From the UHGV virus genome UHGV-0377831: DNA of 32,832 nucleotides. One strand, given 5' to 3'. Shown here one piece after another: positions 7,434 to 16,704 of this stretch. The notes beneath the pieces are model-generated. The model ran no database searches and had not been told where the DNA came from. It worked only from the letters and a program-made list of their open reading frames with translations. The position numbers and the translations under genes are program-made. Within the stretch, counting starts at the first letter, position 1, and every line of letters begins with the position of its first letter. The DNA comes from a virus.

Positions 7434-7903
7434 ACATAAACCGAATGCTTTCCGCGTTTATCGTTATTCTGCTGGTGGCCTGTGGTGCGCTGTGGATGGC
7501 AACAGACCATTACCGTGATAACGCGATTACCTACAAAGCGCAGCGCGATAACAAAGCCAGTGAACTGAAGCTGGCGAACGCAACCATTACTGATATGCAG
7601 GTGCGCCAGCGCGATGTTGCTGCGCTCGATGCAAAATACTCGAGGGAATTAGCCGATGCGAGAACTGAAAATGAAACTCTTCGCGCTGACGTTGCCGCTG
7701 GTCGTAAGCGCCTGCGGATCAACGCCACCTGTCCAGGCTCCGTGCGTGAAGCCCCCACCACCTCCGGCGTGGATAATGCAACCGGCCCCCAACTGGCAGA
7801 CACCGTTACACGGGATTATTTCACCCTCAGAGAGCGGCTGATGACGATGCACAAGCAACTGGAAGGGGCACAGGACTATATCCGCACTCAGTGCCTGAAA
7901 TAA
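7430..7903 (+). CDS. Rz: Spanin inner-membrane subunit Rz
   Basis: Aligns with lambda Rz ([15 protein letters not shown]..., [13 protein letters not shown]...). GTG at 7430 or ATG at 7442. Confidence 0.92.
   Translation: MNINRMLSAFIVILLVACGALWMATDHYRDNAITYKAQRDNKASELKLANATITDMQVRQRDVAALDAKYSRELADARTENETLRADVAAGRKRLRINATCPGSVREAPTTSGVDNATGPQLADTVTRDYFTLRERLMTMHKQLEGAQDYIRTQCLK
7656..7841 (+). CDS. Rz1: Spanin outer-membrane lipoprotein subunit Rz1 (embedded in the +1 frame of Rz)
   Basis: LPLVVSAC lipobox and the proline-rich [22 protein letters not shown] motif as in lambda Rz1. Confidence 0.85.
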   Translation: MRELKMKLFALTLPLVVSACGSTPPVQAPCVKPPPPPAWIMQPAPNWQTPLHGIISPSESG

Positions 7904-8214
7904 GTTTTGTTGATGCGCCGTATCGTCGCTATATTCCCTCATTAACAGAGACCGCAGCCCGACAGGGAGACTCCTCTGCGCGAGTGTGCGGGGATAATTA
8001 AAAACGATGCACACCGGGTTTTTTACCGCGTTAATGATTCGCGGGTTTATCCCGGTGCGATGGTGGAAGAAACAGGAAGCTGTATTACAGAAAGTGCTAC
8101 TACTGTATCCCGATGCGATGTATGTAATGTGAGTCAGATAATGGCACAGGATGTGGTGATGTGGCAGTCTGGAACACAGGATATATTGTCAGAATAAGAC
8201 CCGTAGGAATAAAA

Positions 8215-8541
8215 ATGAAAAGACGCCTTTTACTACTTTTTCTGTTATCTGTCCTGGCAGTGGGATGCTCGCAGCAAAAAGCTGATGAGCCCCGGCAATT
8301 AGTGACGGTGTATCCACGATATCCGGAATATGCTGCAGCAAATTATATCAAGGGGCTGGTTGAGGTTAAGTTCGATATTGGTGCTGATGGGACTGTGACA
8401 CGGATCGTTTTTCTCCGCTCAGAGCCTCATAATTTGTTTCGTGATGAAGTGGTGAAGGCCATGGCGAAATGGCGATTTGAAAAGAATCGCCCCTGTCAGG
8501 GAGTGAAGAGACAATTTATCTTTACGCCGTCACGTCCTTGA
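8215..8541 (+). CDS. Small lipoprotein with a TonB C-terminal-like domain (moron)
   Basis: Signal peptide with lipobox (MKRRLLLLFLLSVLAVGC); the remainder (YPRYPEYAAANYIKGLVEVKFDIGADGTVTRIVFLRSEPHNLFRDEVVKAMAKWRF) matches the TonB C-terminal domain pattern. Confidence 0.7.
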   Translation: MKRRLLLLFLLSVLAVGCSQQKADEPRQLVTVYPRYPEYAAANYIKGLVEVKFDIGADGTVTRIVFLRSEPHNLFRDEVVKAMAKWRFEKNRPCQGVKRQFIFTPSRP

Positions 8542-8663
8542 TGCTTCCAGGTAGAGAGGGGCTGGACGCAGGAGAAAAATGAAAGAGCCAGCGGTTATAT
8601 TTTTGTCATGGCTGACGAGGAATGATGGAAGAAGGCGTTGTATGCCACACAACGCCTCACTGT

Positions 8664-9156
8664 TCATTTCTTCTTTTTCTCTGGTGGAACCCGATGAATA
8701 AGAGTTGCACTGGTTTCCGATGAGATGGCGATATACTCGGGCAAAGTATGCTGGCAGTTTTCCAACTGGTCAAAAATACCTGCTCTCGTCTGTTGCAATG
8801 CCTGCAGCATGCGGCGGCAATGCGCCTTGCTTTTACTAACCATCTTTCCTTCCTCTATCAGTCGCTGCGTGAACTCATCATGTAATACCAGGTAAATGCG
8901 GATGTTATCGGTTTTGGCTACGCAGCATAGTACAAAACGGACAGGTGCATCCCGGGACGGGGGAGGCGTCACATGTCCCTGTGATGGTTGTTCCGGGTAA
9001 TGCACTGTGTGGGGCATAAAAATGTCCGATAATTTTACTTTCTACCGCAGTTAGTTGATTCGTTGGTCCTGGTAGCACATTGGGCGAGGATTTAAATGCC
9101 AGGCAACTGAAGGATGATGTTGCAAGGGAGATAGCGAGAATATTTCTGATTTTCAT
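8664..9156 (-). pseudogene. Possible frameshifted gene for a secreted protein near the right end (same slot as the lambda complement-strand ORF upstream of cos)
   Basis: Two overlapping minus-strand ORFs in different frames (9156-8905 with signal peptide MKIRNILAISLATSSFSCLA; 9017-8664) that would together give about 164 aa. Family assignment uncertain; could also be two genuine genes. Confidence 0.35.
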
Positions 9157-9304
9157 TTGATGATGCCTCTGTGTGAAATGACGGTAAACGACGCACTTGT
9201 GCCGGCACATAATAGCAAGCACCATAATAGATCAGATTCGATTCTTGCTGTAAGTGATAATTATTCTCGTTTTCGGGTCCTTTCCGTCGATCCAACAGGT
9301 TACG

Positions 9305-9316
9305 GGGCGGCGACCT
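9305..9316 (+). other. cosN cohesive-end site (12-nt GGGCGGCGACCT), with cosB following to about 9480
   Basis: 9273-9350 matches the lambda right-end/left-end junction as I recall it (…CAGGTTACG | GGGCGGCGACCTCGCGGGTTTTCGCTATTTATGAAAATTTTCCGG), and nu1 starts about 185 bp downstream. Confidence 0.85.
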
Positions 9317-9499
9317 CGCGGGTTTTCGCTATTTATGAAAATTTTCCGGGAACCATGTCCGGTTTCTCTTCAAGTTAACTATATGAAAAATAAAAAAAGA
9401 GGTCTTCTGTGAACCGGACATGCACAAAAAATAGACATGTAAGCCGGACATGACCGGTTTTGTTGTGATTGTGAAGTGAGAGTTTTTGCGAGGTGAGGA

Positions 9500-10009
9500 G
9501 TGGCTACGCAGACTGAAGTTGCCAGGCATTTAAGTCTGACCGATCGCCAGCTTCGCAGATTGCAGAAATTGCCGGGTGCCCCGATATCGAATAAGCGAGG
9601 GCAACTGGATCTGGATGCCTGGCGCGATTTTTACATATCGTATCTGAGAAGAAGTAAAAACGATGTGCCTGATGGCGATAGCGAAGACGACTATGAGGAG
9701 AAATTGCTTATTGCCAGATGGGAACTGACAGCAGAACAGGCTGTTACACAGCAGTTAAAAAATGAGGTGTCAAAAGGAAAACTTATTGATACCGGGTTCT
9801 GTATTTTTGCCCTCAGCAAGCTGGCAATGGCGTTATCCAGTACGCTTGATTCCATCCCTTTATCCATGCAGCGACAGTTTCCTGATTTAACACCGCGCCA
9901 TCTTGACCATCTGAAAACCCTTATTGCGAAGGGGGCAAATCAGTGTGCGCGGGCGGGGGATAAATTACCGGATTTACTCGATGAATATATCAGAGCAACA
10001 ACTGAATAA
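9500..10009 (+). CDS. nu1: Terminase small subunit Nu1
   Basis: C-terminal half aligns with lambda Nu1; GTG start at 9500 preceded by GAGGTGAGGAG; immediately downstream of cos. Confidence 0.88.
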   Translation: MATQTEVARHLSLTDRQLRRLQKLPGAPISNKRGQLDLDAWRDFYISYLRRSKNDVPDGDSEDDYEEKLLIARWELTAEQAVTQQLKNEVSKGKLIDTGFCIFALSKLAMALSSTLDSIPLSMQRQFPDLTPRHLDHLKTLIAKGANQCARAGDKLPDLLDEYIRATTE

Positions 10010-11909
10010 TATGATGAGTGCTGTCACAACAGCATTACAGCCCCTGATAAGGGCATTGCCGGTGACGCCAGTTGAATGGGCTGATCAAAATTATTATCTG
10101 CCTAAAGAATCTTCATATGGTGAGGGAGAATGGAAAACGCTGCCGTTCCAGATCGCCATCATGAACAGCATGGGGAATGATCAGATCCGGACTGTTAATC
10201 TGATTAAATCTGCCCGTGTTGGCTATACAAAGATGTTGCTGGGGGTGGTCGGGTATTTTATTGAGCATAAATCCCGAAACAGTCTGCTTTTTCAGCCCAC
10301 GGATTCTGCCGCTGAAGATTTTATGAAGTCTCACGTGGAGGCGACGATTCGGGATGTGCCATGTCTGAAAGACCTTTTTCCATGGCTGGGGCGTAAACAT
10401 CGTGACAATACCCTCACGCTGAAACGCTTTTCATCGGGTGTGGGTTTCTGGTGCCTGGGCGGCGCTGCCGCCAAAAACTACCGTGAAAAATCCGTGGACG
10501 TGGTCTGCTATGACGAACTTTCCTCGTTCGAACCGGATGTCGAAAAAGAGGGTTCGCCAACCCTGCTTGGGGATAAACGTATTGAGGGCTCTGTATGGCC
10601 CAAATCCATTCGCGGCTCGACGCCTAAAATCAAAGGCACCTGCCAGATCGAAAAAGCGGCCAACGAGTCGGCGCATTTCATGCGTTTTTATGTGCCCTGC
10701 CCACACTGTGGGGAGGAGCAGTATCTGAAATTTGGCGATGAATCCACGCCTTTTGGCCTTAAATGGGAGAAGGACAGCCCCGAAAGCGTTTTCTACCTCT
10801 GTGAACATCATGGCTGCGTGATCCATCAGTCTGAGCTTGACCAGAGCAACGGGCGGTGGATCTGTGAAAACACGGGGATGTGGACCCGTGACGGTCTGAC
10901 GTTTTTCAGCGCCGCGGATAATGAAATTCCGCCGCCGCGCTCCATCACGTTCCATATCTGGACAGCGTACAGTCCGTTCACCACCTGGGTACAGATAGTC
11001 TATGACTGGCTGGATGCACTGAAAGATCCCAACGGCCTGAAAACCTTTGTGAACACCACGCTGGGCGAGACCTGGGAAGAGGCCGTGGGCGAAAAACTCG
11101 ATCACCAGGTGCTGATGGATAAGGTTGTGCGTTACACGGCGGCGGTGCCTGCCCGGGTGGTTTATCTGACGGCGGGCATTGACTCGCAGCGAAACCGTTT
11201 TGAGATGTATGTCTGGGGATGGGCACCGGGAGAGGAAGCTTTTCTGGTGGATAAAATCATCATTATGGGGCGTCCTGATGAGGAAGAGACGCTGTTACGT
11301 GTGGATGCGGCGATCAACAAAAAATACCGCCATGCGGATGGCACCGAAATGACCATTTCCCGTGTCTGCTGGGACACCGGGGGGATCGATGGTGAAATCG
11401 TCTACCAGAGGTCAAAAAAACACGGTGTTTTCCGTGTGCTGCCGGTAAAAGGCGCGTCTGTCTATGGCAAGCCGGTGATCACCATGCCGAAAACCCGCAA
11501 TCAGCGGGGCGTTTATCTGTGTGAAGTGGGGACGGACACCGCAAAAGAAATTCTCTATGCCCGTATGAAAGCCGAGCCCACGCCTGCGGATGAAGCCACG
11601 TCGTATGCCATCCGTTTTCCTGATGATCCGGAGATTTTTTCGCAGACAGAGGCGCAGCAACTGGTCGCGGAAGAGCTTGTGGAGAAGTGGGAAAAAGGAA
11701 AGATGCGTCTGCTGTGGGATAACAAAAAGCGGCGTAACGAAGCGCTGGACTGCCTGGTGTATGCCTACGCGGCATTACGTGTGTCCGTGCAACGCTGGCA
11801 GCTTGATCTGGCTGTACTGGCAAAATCCCGGGAAGAAGAGACGACCCGGCCAACCCTTAAAGAACTGGCAGCGAAGCTGTCCGGAGGAGTGAATGGTTAC
11901 AGTCGCTGA
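9981..11909 (+). CDS. A: Terminase large subunit A
   Basis: High identity to lambda gpA along its length (VEWADQNYYLPKES..., CPHCGEEQYLKFGD..., WDNKKRRNEALDC...); ATG at 9981 overlaps the end of nu1. Confidence 0.95.
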   Translation: MNISEQQLNNMMSAVTTALQPLIRALPVTPVEWADQNYYLPKESSYGEGEWKTLPFQIAIMNSMGNDQIRTVNLIKSARVGYTKMLLGVVGYFIEHKSRNSLLFQPTDSAAEDFMKSHVEATIRDVPCLKDLFPWLGRKHRDNTLTLKRFSSGVGFWCLGGAAAKNYREKSVDVVCYDELSSFEPDVEKEGSPTLLGDKRIEGSVWPKSIRGSTPKIKGTCQIEKAANESAHFMRFYVPCPHCGEEQYLKFGDESTPFGLKWEKDSPESVFYLCEHHGCVIHQSELDQSNGRWICENTGMWTRDGLTFFSAADNEIPPPRSITFHIWTAYSPFTTWVQIVYDWLDALKDPNGLKTFVNTTLGETWEEAVGEKLDHQVLMDKVVRYTAAVPARVVYLTAGIDSQRNRFEMYVWGWAPGEEAFLVDKIIIMGRPDEEETLLRVDAAINKKYRHADGTEMTISRVCWDTGGIDGEIVYQRSKKHGVFRVLPVKGASVYGKPVITMPKTRNQRGVYLCEVGTDTAKEILYARMKAEPTPADEATSYAIRFPDDPEIFSQTEAQQLVAEELVEKWEKGKMRLLWDNKKRRNEALDCLVYAYAALRVSVQRWQLDLAVLAKSREEETTRPTLKELAAKLSGGVNGYSR

Positions 11910-12099
11910 ACTGCAGGCGCTGCGTCAGGCGCGCCTTGATTTATTAACCGGTAAACGGGTGGTGTCTGTCCAGAAAGATGGACGAAGAATTGAATATACG
12001 GCGGCCTCTCTGGATGAGCTTAACCGTGCGATCAATGATGCTGAGTTGGTACTGGGGACAACCCGCCGTCGCCGTCGTCCGCTGGGAGTGAGGTTATGA
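11893..12099 (+). CDS. W: Head-tail joining protein W
   Basis: 68-aa protein aligning with lambda gpW (LTGKRVVSVQKDGRRIEYTAAS). Confidence 0.9.
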   Translation: MVTVAELQALRQARLDLLTGKRVVSVQKDGRRIEYTAASLDELNRAINDAELVLGTTRRRRRPLGVRL

Positions 12100-13688
12100 A
12101 ACGAACGCCTGTCCTGATTGATGTGAACGGCGTTCCGCTTCGTGAGAGCCTCAGCTACAACGGGGGCGGCGCAGGATTTGGCGGGCAAATGGCGGAGTGG
12201 TTGCCACCGGCGCAGAGTGCCGATGCGGCCCTGCTGCCCGCGTTGCGTCTGGGGAATGCCCGGGCAGATGATCTGGTGCGCAATAACGGGATAGCGGCCA
12301 ATGCGGTGGCCCTGCATAAGGATCACATTGTCGGGCATATGTTTCTTATCAGCTACCGCCCGAACTGGCGCTGGTTGGGGATGCGGGAGACCGCGACAAA
12401 AAGTTTTGTCGATGAGGTGGAGGCGGCCTGGTCAGAATACGCAGAAGGGGTGTTTGGCGAGATCGACGTGGAAGGGAAACGCACGTTTACAGAATTTATT
12501 CGTGAAGGTGTGGGAGTTCATGCGTTTAACGGCGAAATCTTTGTGCAGCCGGTCTGGGATCCGGAGAGCACGCAACTGTTTCGTACGCGTTTTAAAGCCG
12601 TGAGTCCGAAACGGGTGGACACGCCAGGACATGGTATCGGGAACCGTTTTCTGCGGGCCGGGGTGGAGGTCGATCGATATGGTCGTGCCGTTGCGTACCA
12701 TATCTGTGAGGATGATTTTCCGTTCTCCGGGAGTGGACGATGGGAACGGATCCCGCGTGAACTTCCCACCGGGCGTCCGGCCATGCTGCATATTTTCGAG
12801 CCGGTGGAGGACGGGCAGACCCGTGGAGCCAATCAGTTTTACAGCGTTATGGAACGGCTGAAGATGCTCGATTCCCTGCAGGCAACACAGCTTCAGTCGG
12901 CCATAGTGAAGGCGATGTATGCAGCGACGATTGAAAGTGACCTTGATACCGAAAAGGCCTTTGAATATATCGCCGGTGCGCCGCAGGGGCAGAAGGATAA
13001 TCCGCTTATTAATATTCTGGATAAGTTCTCCACCTGGTATGACACGAATAGCGTGACGCTGGGCGGTGTCAAAATTCCGCACCTTTTCCCCGGTGATGAT
13101 CTGAAACTTCAGACCGCGCAGGATTCAGACAATGGATTTTCGGCGCTTGAACAGGCGCTGCTGCGGTATATCGCCGCCGGTCTTGGCGTTTCCTACGAAC
13201 AGTTGTCCCGTGATTACTCGAAGGTCAGTTATTCAAGTGCCCGCGCATCCGCCAATGAGTCGTGGCGCTATTTTATGGGGCGGCGAAAATTTATTGCGTC
13301 CCGGCTGGCCACGCAGATGTTTTCCTGCTGGCTGGAAGAGGCACTTCTTCGGGGGATTATTCGTCCGCCACGGGCACGTTTTAATTTTTATCAGGCGCGA
13401 TCAGCCTGGTCACGGGCTGAGTGGATTGGAGCCGGAAGAATGGCCATTGACGGGCTCAAGGAGGTTCAGGAATCAGTGATGCGCATTGAGGCCGGACTGA
13501 GCACGTATGAGAAAGAGCTGGCGCTGATGGGCGAGGATTATCAGGACATTTTCCGCCAGCAGGTCAGGGAATCTGCAGAGCGGGAAAAAGCCGGACTCTC
13601 ACGTCCGGTGTGGATAGCGCAGGCGTATCAGCAGCAGATAGCGGAGAGTCGCAGGCCGGAAGAGGAGACAACACCACGTGAGACGTAA
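12096..13688 (+). CDS. B: Portal protein B
   Basis: 530 aa, colinear with lambda gpB (VEDGQTRGANQFYSVMERLKMLDSLQATQLQSAIVKAMYAATIES...). Confidence 0.95.
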   Translation: MKRTPVLIDVNGVPLRESLSYNGGGAGFGGQMAEWLPPAQSADAALLPALRLGNARADDLVRNNGIAANAVALHKDHIVGHMFLISYRPNWRWLGMRETATKSFVDEVEAAWSEYAEGVFGEIDVEGKRTFTEFIREGVGVHAFNGEIFVQPVWDPESTQLFRTRFKAVSPKRVDTPGHGIGNRFLRAGVEVDRYGRAVAYHICEDDFPFSGSGRWERIPRELPTGRPAMLHIFEPVEDGQTRGANQFYSVMERLKMLDSLQATQLQSAIVKAMYAATIESDLDTEKAFEYIAGAPQGQKDNPLINILDKFSTWYDTNSVTLGGVKIPHLFPGDDLKLQTAQDSDNGFSALEQALLRYIAAGLGVSYEQLSRDYSKVSYSSARASANESWRYFMGRRKFIASRLATQMFSCWLEEALLRGIIRPPRARFNFYQARSAWSRAEWIGAGRMAIDGLKEVQESVMRIEAGLSTYEKELALMGEDYQDIFRQQVRESAEREKAGLSRPVWIAQAYQQQIAESRRPEEETTPRET

Positions 13689-15183
13689 TCTTTCACACAT
13701 TATTGCCGCAGCATTCAATGAACCGCTGCTTCTGGAGCCCGCCTATGCGCGGGTTTTCTTTTGCGCGCTCGGGCGCGAGATAGGGGCAGCAAGTCTTTCG
13801 GTACCACAACAACAGGTACAGCTTGATGCTCCCGGAATGCTGGCTGAAACGGACGAGTACATGGCCGGAGGTAAACGACCGGCCCGTGTTTACCGGGTGG
13901 TGAACGGTATTGCTGTACTGCCGGTGACCGGCACGCTGGTGCACCGGCTGGGCGGTATGCGGCCATTTTCCGGAATGACAGGCTATGACGGCATTGTCGC
14001 CTGTCTTCAGCAGGCAATGGCGGATAGCCAGGTGCGGGGCGTACTGCTGGACATTGACAGTCCGGGCGGGCAGGCCGCCGGCGCGTTTGACTGCGCTGAC
14101 ATGATTTACCGCCTCCGTCAGCAGAAGCCGGTCTGGGCACTGTGCAATGACACTGCCTGTTCTGCAGCCATGCTGCTGGCGTCGGCCTGCTCCCGACGGC
14201 TGGTTACCCAGACATCCCGTATCGGCTCCATTGGCGTGATGATGAGCCATGTCAGCTATGCCGGTCATCTGGCGCAGGCCGGTGTGGATATCACGCTGAT
14301 TTATGCCGGGGCGCACAAGGTGGATGGCAATCAGTTTGAAGCGTTGCCGGCAGAGGTTCGCCAGGATATGCAGCAGCGGATTGATGCGGCGCACCGGATG
14401 TTTGCCGAAAAAGTGGCGATGTATACCGGGTTGTCTGTGGATGCGGTCACGGGAACAGAGGCCGCCGTTTTTGAAGGTCAGTCCGCTATTAAGGCCGGAC
14501 TGGCGGATGAATTAATCAATGCGTCGGATGCCATCAGTGTGATGGCCACGGCGCTGAACAGTAATGTCAGAGGAGGCACTATGCCGCAATTAACTGCAAC
14601 GGAAGCCGCCGTGCAGGAGAACCAGCGAGTGATGGGGATCCTGACATGCCAGGAAGCGAAAGGACGTGAACAGCTTGCCACGATGCTGGCAGGGCAACAG
14701 GGCATGAGCGTTGAACAGGCCCGGGCGATTCTGGCCGCGGCGGCACCGCAGCAGCCGGTGGCATCCGCGCAGAGTGAAGCCGATCGCATTATGGCGTGTG
14801 AAGAAGCGAACGGTCGTGAACAACTGGCGGCAACGCTGGCGGCGATGCCGGAGATGACGGTGGAAAAAGCCCGCCCGATCCTGGCGGCTGCACCACTGGC
14901 GGATGCCGGGCCCTCACTTCGTGATCAGATCATGGCCCTGGATGAGGCAAAAGGGGCAGAAGCGCAGGCTGAAAAACTGGCGGCCTGCCCGGGAATGACC
15001 GTGGAGAACGCCCGGGCTGTGCTGGCTGCGGGATCAGGTAAGGCCGAACCGGTCTCTGCATCCACAACCGCCCTGTTTGAACATTTCATGGCGAATCATT
15101 CACCGGCAGCGGTGCGGGGTGGCGTGTCACAGACGTCAGCAGACGGTGATGCGGACGTGAAAATGCTCATGGCCATGCCATGA
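13678..15183 (+). CDS. C: Head maturation protease / minor capsid protein C (S49 peptidase family), with an expanded C-terminal repeat region
   Basis: N-terminal 330 aa align with lambda gpC (AFNEPLLLEPAYARVFFCAL..., VLPVTGTLVHR..., GSIGVMMSHV...); GTG start overlapping the end of B; 501 aa versus 439 in lambda. Confidence 0.92.
   Translation: MRRNLSHIIAAAFNEPLLLEPAYARVFFCALGREIGAASLSVPQQQVQLDAPGMLAETDEYMAGGKRPARVYRVVNGIAVLPVTGTLVHRLGGMRPFSGMTGYDGIVACLQQAMADSQVRGVLLDIDSPGGQAAGAFDCADMIYRLRQQKPVWALCNDTACSAAMLLASACSRRLVTQTSRIGSIGVMMSHVSYAGHLAQAGVDITLIYAGAHKVDGNQFEALPAEVRQDMQQRIDAAHRMFAEKVAMYTGLSVDAVTGTEAAVFEGQSAIKAGLADELINASDAISVMATALNSNVRGGTMPQLTATEAAVQENQRVMGILTCQEAKGREQLATMLAGQQGMSVEQARAILAAAAPQQPVASAQSEADRIMACEEANGREQLAATLAAMPEMTVEKARPILAAAPLADAGPSLRDQIMALDEAKGAEAQAEKLAACPGMTVENARAVLAAGSGKAEPVSASTTALFEHFMANHSPAAVRGGVSQTSADGDADVKMLMAMP
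14581..15183 (+). CDS. nu3: Scaffolding protein Nu3 (nested, in frame with the 3' end of C)
   Basis: Internal ATG at 14581 preceded by AGGAGG, at the position corresponding to the lambda Nu3 start within C. Confidence 0.6.
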   Translation: MPQLTATEAAVQENQRVMGILTCQEAKGREQLATMLAGQQGMSVEQARAILAAAAPQQPVASAQSEADRIMACEEANGREQLAATLAAMPEMTVEKARPILAAAPLADAGPSLRDQIMALDEAKGAEAQAEKLAACPGMTVENARAVLAAGSGKAEPVSASTTALFEHFMANHSPAAVRGGVSQTSADGDADVKMLMAMP

Positions 15184-15219
15184 AGTCAGTGCTGACCATC
15201 AATATGAGGTTTTAACAAA

Positions 15220-15567
15220 ATGGTGACGAAAACCATCACTGAACAGCGTGCGGAAGTACGTATTTTTGCCGGTAATGATCCGGCTCATACCGCCACAGGC
15301 AGCAGCGGGATTTCTTCTGCAACACCGGCTCTGACGCCCCTGATGCTGGATGAAGCCACCGGGAAACTGGTGGTCTGGGATGGACAGAAAGCCGGTAGTG
15401 CGGTTGGCATACTGGTACTGCCGCTTGAAGGCACAGAGACAGCGCTGACGTATTACAAGTCGGGAACCTTTGCGACGGAGGCAATCCACTGGCCTGAAAG
15501 TGTGGATGAACACAAAAAGGCAAATGCCTTTGCCGGCACAGCCCTGAGTCACGCGGCTCTGCCGTAA
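15220..15567 (+). CDS. D: Head decoration protein D
   Basis: 115 aa aligning with lambda gpD (DPAHTAT..., LTPLMLD..., VGILV..., YKSGTF..., AFAGTA). Confidence 0.93.
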   Translation: MVTKTITEQRAEVRIFAGNDPAHTATGSSGISSATPALTPLMLDEATGKLVVWDGQKAGSAVGILVLPLEGTETALTYYKSGTFATEAIHWPESVDEHKKANAFAGTALSHAALP

Positions 15568-15624
15568 CACGTTATCAGACCACCATGGTGGCCTGACTGA
15601 TTTCTGAATGAAAGGAACTGATTT

Positions 15625-16653
15625 ATGGGATTGTTTACGACCCGCCAGTTACTCGGTTATACCGAACAAAAAGTTAAATTCCGTGCGCTATTTCTGGAGC
15701 TGTTTTTCCGCCGTACGGTGAATTTCCACACCGAAGAGGTGATGCTGGACAAAATTACCGGAAAAACGCCGGTGGCGGCCTATGTCTCCCCGATCGTTGA
15801 AGGAAAAGTGCTGCGCCATCGTGGTGGTGAAACCCGCGTGTTGCGTCCGGGCTACGTCAAGCCGAAACACGAATTTAATTACCAGCAGGCGGTTGAGCGC
15901 CTTCCTGGTGAAGATCCATCTCAACTGAATGATCCGGCTTACCGCCGTCTGCGTATCATTACCGATAACCTCAAACAGGAAGAGCACGCCATTGTCCAGG
16001 TGGAAGAAATGCAGGCGGTAAATGCTGTGTTGTATGGCAAATACACCATGGAAGGAGACCAGTTCGAGAAAATTGAGGTCGATTTTGGCAGGTCGACGAA
16101 GAATAACATCATACAAGGTAGCGGTAAGGAGTGGTCAAAACAGGATCGTGACACGTTCGATCCTACACATGATATTGACCTCTACTGCGACCAGGCCAGC
16201 GGTCTTGTGAATATTGCCATTATGGACGGTACCGGCTGGCGTCTTCTGAATGGTTTTAAGCTGTTCCGCGAAAAACTGGATACCCGTCGCGGTTCAAATT
16301 CTCAACTCGAAACGGCAGTGAAAGATCTGGGCGCAGTGGTGTCCTTCAAGGGGTATTACGGCGATCTGGCCATTGTGGTGGCGAAAACGTCTTATATAGC
16401 AGAAGACGGTATCGAAAAACGTTATCTTCCAGATGGCATGCTGGTTCTGGGGAATACTGCTGCAGATGGGATCCGTTGTTACGGTGCCATTCAGGATGCT
16501 CAGGCGTTGTCCGAAGGTGTGGTGGCCTCTTCCCGTTATCCGAAACACTGGCTGACGGTAGGGGATCCCGCCCGTGAATTTACCATGACGCAGTCCGCGC
16601 CGCTGATGGTGTTGCCGGACCCGGATGAGTTTGTGGTGGTACAGGTGAAATAA
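15625..16653 (+). CDS. E: Major capsid protein E
   Basis: 342 aa, high identity to lambda gpE (YVSPIV..., GYVKPKHE..., TRRGSNS.LETAVKDLG..., GDPAREFTM.QSAPLM). Confidence 0.95.
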   Translation: MGLFTTRQLLGYTEQKVKFRALFLELFFRRTVNFHTEEVMLDKITGKTPVAAYVSPIVEGKVLRHRGGETRVLRPGYVKPKHEFNYQQAVERLPGEDPSQLNDPAYRRLRIITDNLKQEEHAIVQVEEMQAVNAVLYGKYTMEGDQFEKIEVDFGRSTKNNIIQGSGKEWSKQDRDTFDPTHDIDLYCDQASGLVNIAIMDGTGWRLLNGFKLFREKLDTRRGSNSQLETAVKDLGAVVSFKGYYGDLAIVVAKTSYIAEDGIEKRYLPDGMLVLGNTAADGIRCYGAIQDAQALSEGVVASSRYPKHWLTVGDPAREFTMTQSAPLMVLPDPDEFVVVQVK

Positions 16654-16661
16654 TCCGTGAG

Positions 16662-16690
16662 CGGGGGCGAAATGCCCCCGTGTCTTTTTT
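16662..16690 (+). terminator. Hairpin with U-tract between E and FI (terminator-like)
   Basis: 7-bp GC stem CGGGGGC/GCCCCCG with loop GAAAT, followed by TGTCTTTTTT. Q-modified late transcription would be expected to read through. Confidence 0.4.
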
Positions 16691-16704
16691 CACAGGGGGC
16701 TGAT

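Noticed and set aside
9157-9378. 73-aa ORF spanning the cos site
   Set aside because: Crosses cosN/cosB, which is a conserved non-coding packaging signal; most likely a chance ORF.
10431-11105. 224-aa minus-strand ORF inside terminase A
   Set aside because: Antisense to a highly conserved gene; typical spurious ORF in GC-rich coding sequence.
13693-14394. 233-aa and 141-aa minus-strand ORFs inside C
   Set aside because: Antisense to the conserved protease/scaffold gene; no independent start signals.
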